A stretch of 64,000 nt of DNA from the NCBI RefSeq assembly GCF_009914755.1, contig NC_060926.1; one strand, 5' to 3'. Origin of the DNA: the human T2T-CHM13v2.0 reference genome, Homo sapiens. Positions 58,319-64,000 of the stretch are shown here, piece by piece. The position numbers were made by a program, and so were the translations under genes. The notes under the pieces were generated by a model, which worked only from the letters and a program-made list of their open reading frames with translations, searched no databases and was not told the DNA's origin. Within the stretch, counting starts at the first letter, position 1. Each line of letters starts with the position of its first letter.

Positions 58319-61159
58319 TTATCTATTCTTTGACAATAGCAGGACTGCTGCTAAATTTAGTGAGAAATCTAGTTCACACCAGAGATCAACGTTAAAATCT
58401 TTTCTGCAATGTCTCTTTTATCCTCTGAAAGAAAGATGTCAATATTTTTCATTATACAATTTTTCAATCTATAGAGTTTGAATTTAGCTCATAAAATTAG
58501 ATAACACGGGGGAAAAATTGTATTTATCACATAATAGTAAAATTGACCCATCTGAGTATTGGAGAATGAAATGCCTTAGGATGATCACTGCTTGATCTGT
58601 CATTCACTGTGAGTTAGGGAAAACCTAGCATAAACCAGAGTGAGGCCAATCTATTTTTGTAGAATGTTAAGCAATTATATTCCTATTGTTAACTGTAAAA
58701 TCCTTTTAAAATTGCTCTACAAAGTAGTACATTATATCTAATACATTGAATATTAAAATGCTCTTTTACTAGAATGATGGCAATAAGCATAACTTTATTA
58801 TTAATATAAAGATTTTTTTAAAATATCTTTTGTTTGTTTTCCAAATAATGTATGGACGGTCATTCTCCTTCCTCCCCAGACATGTCCTTCCCCACCCCTG
58901 AAACTCCAGAAAACAAGTTACTAAGCACCAAGAGTTTGAAAAAAGGAATGAGCCAAGATATAAAGTAAGTGCGGGCTGAGGGGGTCCGGAGAGGCAAATG
59001 ACCAGAAACTCAACACGCGAGAGCTCCTAGCAATCAGGCAAATGACACATTGTGCAAGATAGGAGATAGAAAGTGTCTAAACTGAATAATGGGAAAAATG
59101 CCTACTAAGGCCCTACTAAAGAACCAGTAGGAGAGTATAGGTCTATTCAGAAAGGCGGTATAGCCAAGAGCCAGTTGGATCTTGGTTGGAATTCTAGCCG
59201 TAGAACCTCCCAGCTGTGTAACATTGGTTAAGTAGCTTAATACTTCTATGTTTCAGTTACTTTCACTGAAAAGGAGGAACCATGACAGTTTGTGACATAA
59301 TATTTTTTAAGTGCTGTCTTGATCCACTTTTGAGGTCATGGCTAAAATCTCAATGCCCCTTCATTGGCAGTTTGCTAAGCCCATGTTCTAACCCCTTCCA
59401 CCTTATAAGGCTCTAACATGCTTACTTACAAAACATACCCTCAACTGCCAGAAGCCCAGGTGCCAAACATTTAAGGATGGTCCCTTCTTCCTTGGGTCTG
59501 CAGATTATTCAGAATGATCAATAGCAAGCTTTTGAAACCTAGCTAACTCTACCTGGCTTGCCATACATAAACTATCTCCCTTGCTATTACAATTTTCCCC
59601 AGTTGCATCCCACCGTGTTGCCCTGCATGGCAGTCTCCTCTCTTTCGGAGCTGTAAGTAATAAAGAGTTCTGGCCCCTACGTATTCAGGGGTCACTTTAC
59701 TGTGCCCCATCGTCATCAGAATGAGTTAGTGCATGCAACTTGTTTAGTATACTGCCTAGTACATAGCTGTTTTGCTGTCCCCTCATGATTCTTTTACTCA
59801 TGAGGAGTTCCTCTTCAGGCTACAAGATAGGAAACTGCCAAGGCACTATGGGAAGAACTAGAGAAAAGAAACGACAATATTTTCACTTTTAAATTCACTA
59901 TTTAAAAAAATAGTGATAAGATAGAACCCACTCTTCACAATACTCCTCTTTCCCCACCAATCCCACTTTTCAACTTAAAAAGCTCCTCTGGTCTGGGGTA
60001 GGAGAATGAGGATAAAGGGGAAAATGACAGATTCTGATGAGTGTCTATGAGCATACAATTTACTTCTGCAACCTTCCCTAGGTTAAGTTAGGGAATGCAA
60101 ACTATTTCCCACTTTCTGCAGGAACCTTGAAAAGTAGCCTGACAGAGTTTCACTTCCCCTTGAATTGGAAGTAGTCGGGTTGATAGAGAGTCATAGTAGC
60201 AAGACCAAGTTTTCAGAGACCAAAAGTCATGTAAGCAAGAGTATTTTACTGTTTCTTCTAGAAAGGTTCAGAGGTTTTCAGGAGCACCTGAGGACCATGG
60301 TCACAGCAGGGGCATATGAGAGCGGAATGTGCATTAGACCAAATGGTCAGGTACCAGATGGGAATCTCAAAGGGAGACAGAGGAAAACAGTGATAATTAT
60401 CAATAAACAGAGCTGTTGTGTATATCCTAACAGACGTCATCATCAGATATTGATCAAGGACTAGGCATTTCACTCTGTTGTCATAATGCTACATCAGCTT
60501 GTGTCAGACAAATTTATGCTCACTCAATATATATGTGCTCCCACAGCTCCCTTGAACTTGGGCACCTGGTGACTAGTTTCAACCAGTGGCCTCTGAGCAG
60601 GAGTGATATGTCACTTCTAGGTTGTGCCAGTGAAAAGTCCCTGTTTGTGCCTCCAACATTCTTCTCTCTGTTACGATGATTATGGAGGTAACATGTAGAA
60701 ATTGATGAGCCACAAGATGAAGTAGTCTGGTCTCCTAAGACATCATTTGGAAGAAACCTGTCAAACTCACAGCCAAATTAAGCTTTTATATTATAAGCCA
60801 GTAATATTTCAGAGTTAGGTTACCATCACTGCAGAAACTTGTAAATACTTAGTACTAAAGGCCCTAGAACGTAGAGGCCACCTCAGAGATGAAGTGATGA
60901 GGAAAAACCCTCAATTGGCTGAATATACTCTAAATTGATTCTGAAAAATTCTTATTTGCTTATGTTTTCTATATATGTGTATGTTTTCCTCTTCTGAATG
61001 AACTGGAAATTTGGGAAAGGTGCTAAGTTTTGTAACCCAAAAACTATACATTTATTGCATGTCTGAGTTTAACTTTGTGAGGAAAAAAACCACAGCCACT
61101 ACATAATTGTTAATATTATAATGTGATTGCAATGTAGCACAAGAAATAAAGTATTTTGA

Positions 61160-61372
61160 TGTCAAGTAAGTTTGTGTCCCAGCTGTACCAATTTTTGTGT
61201 GGCTTTGAACAGGTTTTTTAATCTTTCTAAAATTTCACTTTCCTCATTTACGAAAAGAGGAAAATAATAGTACCTAACTAGTAAGGTTGTGGTGAACATT
61301 AAGATACAGTGCATACACAGGTTCTTAACAGAAAGCCAGCATGCGGCAAGCATCCAATCAGTGTCTACTATT
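61160..61372 (+). mobile_element. MIR remnant
   Basis: tgtgtggctttgaacagg..tttcctcattt..aaaataatagtacctaac..ggttgtggtgaacattaa. Confidence 0.75.
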
Positions 61373-62124
61373 ATCTTAATGTTGTTGTCGTGATGGCTAT
61401 AAATCCACACAAATATGATAGTTCCATACTAAGTAATAGCAGGGTGATTGTATAAATCCCTAAATACATGAACAAAGATGATATAGAAAAGATGATGCTT
61501 AAGATAACTGAATTGAGGCATTAAGTTCTGATCAGGATACTTTGTGCTATGTATCTGCCTCTTGCAATAGGAGTCAGTGGGCAGCTAATGGGATAAGTCT
61601 TTAATGCCTGGAAGCTTTGTTCTTCTGTTTCTAAAAGAGGCAGAAAACTGATTATATTATTTTTTTAGAGCTCTCTACTTGTCTTGGAAAGATAAGTAAG
61701 TAGAAACAGGTCAAATATTTTGCAAGATGGGTATTTGTCTTTTGAAAACCTACGGGTAACCTACAAGAGCAGTATTCCAATATTCATTCACATGTCTCCT
61801 GTGTACCATTTGATTTACAGTCTCCTGATTGCTATCTTGTGGTGAATTGTTCTGTTTATAGCTTCAAAATTGCTATCTGGGTGACAGTCTTCTGTTTCTA
61901 ATCTTCAGATGGTTGTCTAGTGGCTTTGCTCCCCATGGCTTATCATGCAGCTTGATAACACTGTGGAGGGAAATACAATTAGCTAACTACGCACCTGCTC
62001 AGTTTATAGTTTTATGAGTCCATCTTGTAGTATGATATACATTATGGGGCTTGTGATAGAAGTTCTTGAAAATAGAGATTTTGTATGAAGTTCTGCAATA
62101 TATCAATATATCTTTAAATATTTT

Positions 62125-62192
62125 ACATCTCTTTATATGTTCTGTATATGTATATCTACTACATCTCTATATATTCTGTACATATATGTATG
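62125..62192. repeat. Imperfect 36-bp tandem duplication
   Basis: acatctct(t/a)tatat(g/a)ttctgta twice. Confidence 0.7.
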
Positions 62193-64000
62193 GCTGCATA
62201 TATGTGTCTCCCCATAGGGGCTTTTTAAATTAAGCAATTGTGAATTCAGGATTTTAAGACTATAAAGCAGGAGAGAGTAGCTAGAGTCAGAATTGTGACG
62301 TTCATTTTAGCCTTGTTAGAAGCTCTTCTATACCGCTTTATATACCTCACAGCTTTTCTATAATTTCTTCCTCTCATCATCGTCATTTTAAATGAAGCTT
62401 TGACATTGGATCAGGATCAGATTCTACATTGTGAGTATTTTAGAAGTTTCCAGTGACCACTTAGCCTATAATAAACGCTAGAAAATTTACCAACTTATTT
62501 ATAAATTAGGCATTTTATATGAAGTTTCTCCTCTATTAACACTAATATATGCAATAACACTGCTAGAGATAAGTGTAGTTATCTGCAATATTCTCTGATA
62601 TATGTGGGGGAGAAGTGGGTGCCTTACCAAGCAGATTTCTAACACCTTGGGCAGGGCACACCATCAGTAGGCTCTCCACATGGTGGTGGTTTTGTTGTTG
62701 TTTCAATTATTTTACTTGTGATTATGTTGCACTTAATCTTTCTAGAATGAAAGAAACCTCATCCTCCATTATAGATAAGTTGCTCCCAGATAGTTTGAGG
62801 ATGTGGAATAAGGTTTTTAATTGCATCACAAGAGCGGTTGTCAAAAAACTAATAAAAGACCATTGAAGGTCTTGACCTTCATCAGTGTGTCAGCTTTATG
62901 CATGCTTTCATCAGAAGGTGGTTACTCCTTATCAGAGGAAGAAAGAAAAGTGGTAACTAATTAAAGAAAGATATTTAAGTCAGAATATGAAGCTTTGAGA
63001 GTGAGTACCATCACTTACTAATGGTTGTATGATTCTAGTTTACACTTGTTATTTCAGTTTTATTTTCCTTATATGGGTGACTAGGATTATTCTAATAATA
63101 CTTACCTCAAAAGGGTGCAGTAAGCCAAATGAACCAACATATGAAGAATTTTATAAAGCACTATGTAATTAGTAAGTAGTATAACTGCTATAAGCTAGCA
63201 GCATGGTGCCACTGGAAATTTCAATTGTACCTTAAAGCATTAGGAACACAAGTTGTTTCTCCTCCCTTCTCAGTTTATAGTTGTTTAAAATGCATAGTGC
63301 CCTGACATATCTTACCCTGAACACTATGAAATCACAATGATTTCAGATGAAAGGGCCATAATATATAAGGGAGGGTATGTGTGCAGGTCCATGCAAATAG
63401 CAGGTGTTATTAACAAGATCTTTGAAGCTCCACAATTGAACAGGTTTAAGAAAATTTACTCCAATATATTAGGCTGAAAATATATTTTTTGTCCACTGAC
63501 TCAGTCATCATTCTATACAGTCAAATAACCACAGTAGTTTCAAAGAATAACAGAATCTCTAATCAGAAGTTATTGGAATTTTGAAATTCTTACACTTTGG
63601 AGGCATGGAGTAATCAATGATGTTTAAAATCAAAAAGTTATATAATAAGAAAATGTTGAGAGAGGATCTTGTTCATGTCACCAATGTCTCTGAAGTCACT
63701 CTCACACTGTTATGTGGGCTTGTCATAAGTCACTAGTCAGCTGATTGACTATTTAAGGTCTTATTCTCCCTCCCCCACCTCAAGGACAGTAGTAACATCT
63801 GATATTCTTTATAGCCAAGGATTGCCAGGATCCATTTTATAAACTGCAATGAGGGCAGAAAGAAAAAAAGTATATAAAAATATTAATGTCGTTTGGATGC
63901 AACCTACAAAATATTTTATATATTTTTTTATTCTCAGAGAAACAAACCAACCAGAGTTAATTAAGCATAGCATGCACAGATGAGTAAGTCTGTACACATC

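Overview
AT-rich, CpG-depleted primate (human-like) genomic DNA that looks intronic or intergenic. I found no credible protein-coding gene, tRNA, rRNA, CRISPR array or CpG island. The ORF track is explained by Alu, L1 and LTR sequence or by chance. The window is dominated by interspersed repeats: 13 Alus, several L1 fragments, many MaLR and ERV1 LTRs, DNA-transposon MITEs, L2/MIR remnants and microsatellites. Subfamily names were assigned by eye and are provisional. I see no new biological system. The best signals are mutational scars: (i) a 5'-inverted (twin-primed) L1 that appears to carry a ~600 bp 3' transduction and splits an LTR (50.2-52.7 kb); (ii) two short locally templated duplications within 5 kb of each other (30.1-35.3 kb); (iii) a palindromic 30-bp tandem repeat; (iv) an L1 cut off at an Alu with no TSD. 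A few unique CpG-retaining segments and splice-site pairs could be regulatory elements or lncRNA exons.
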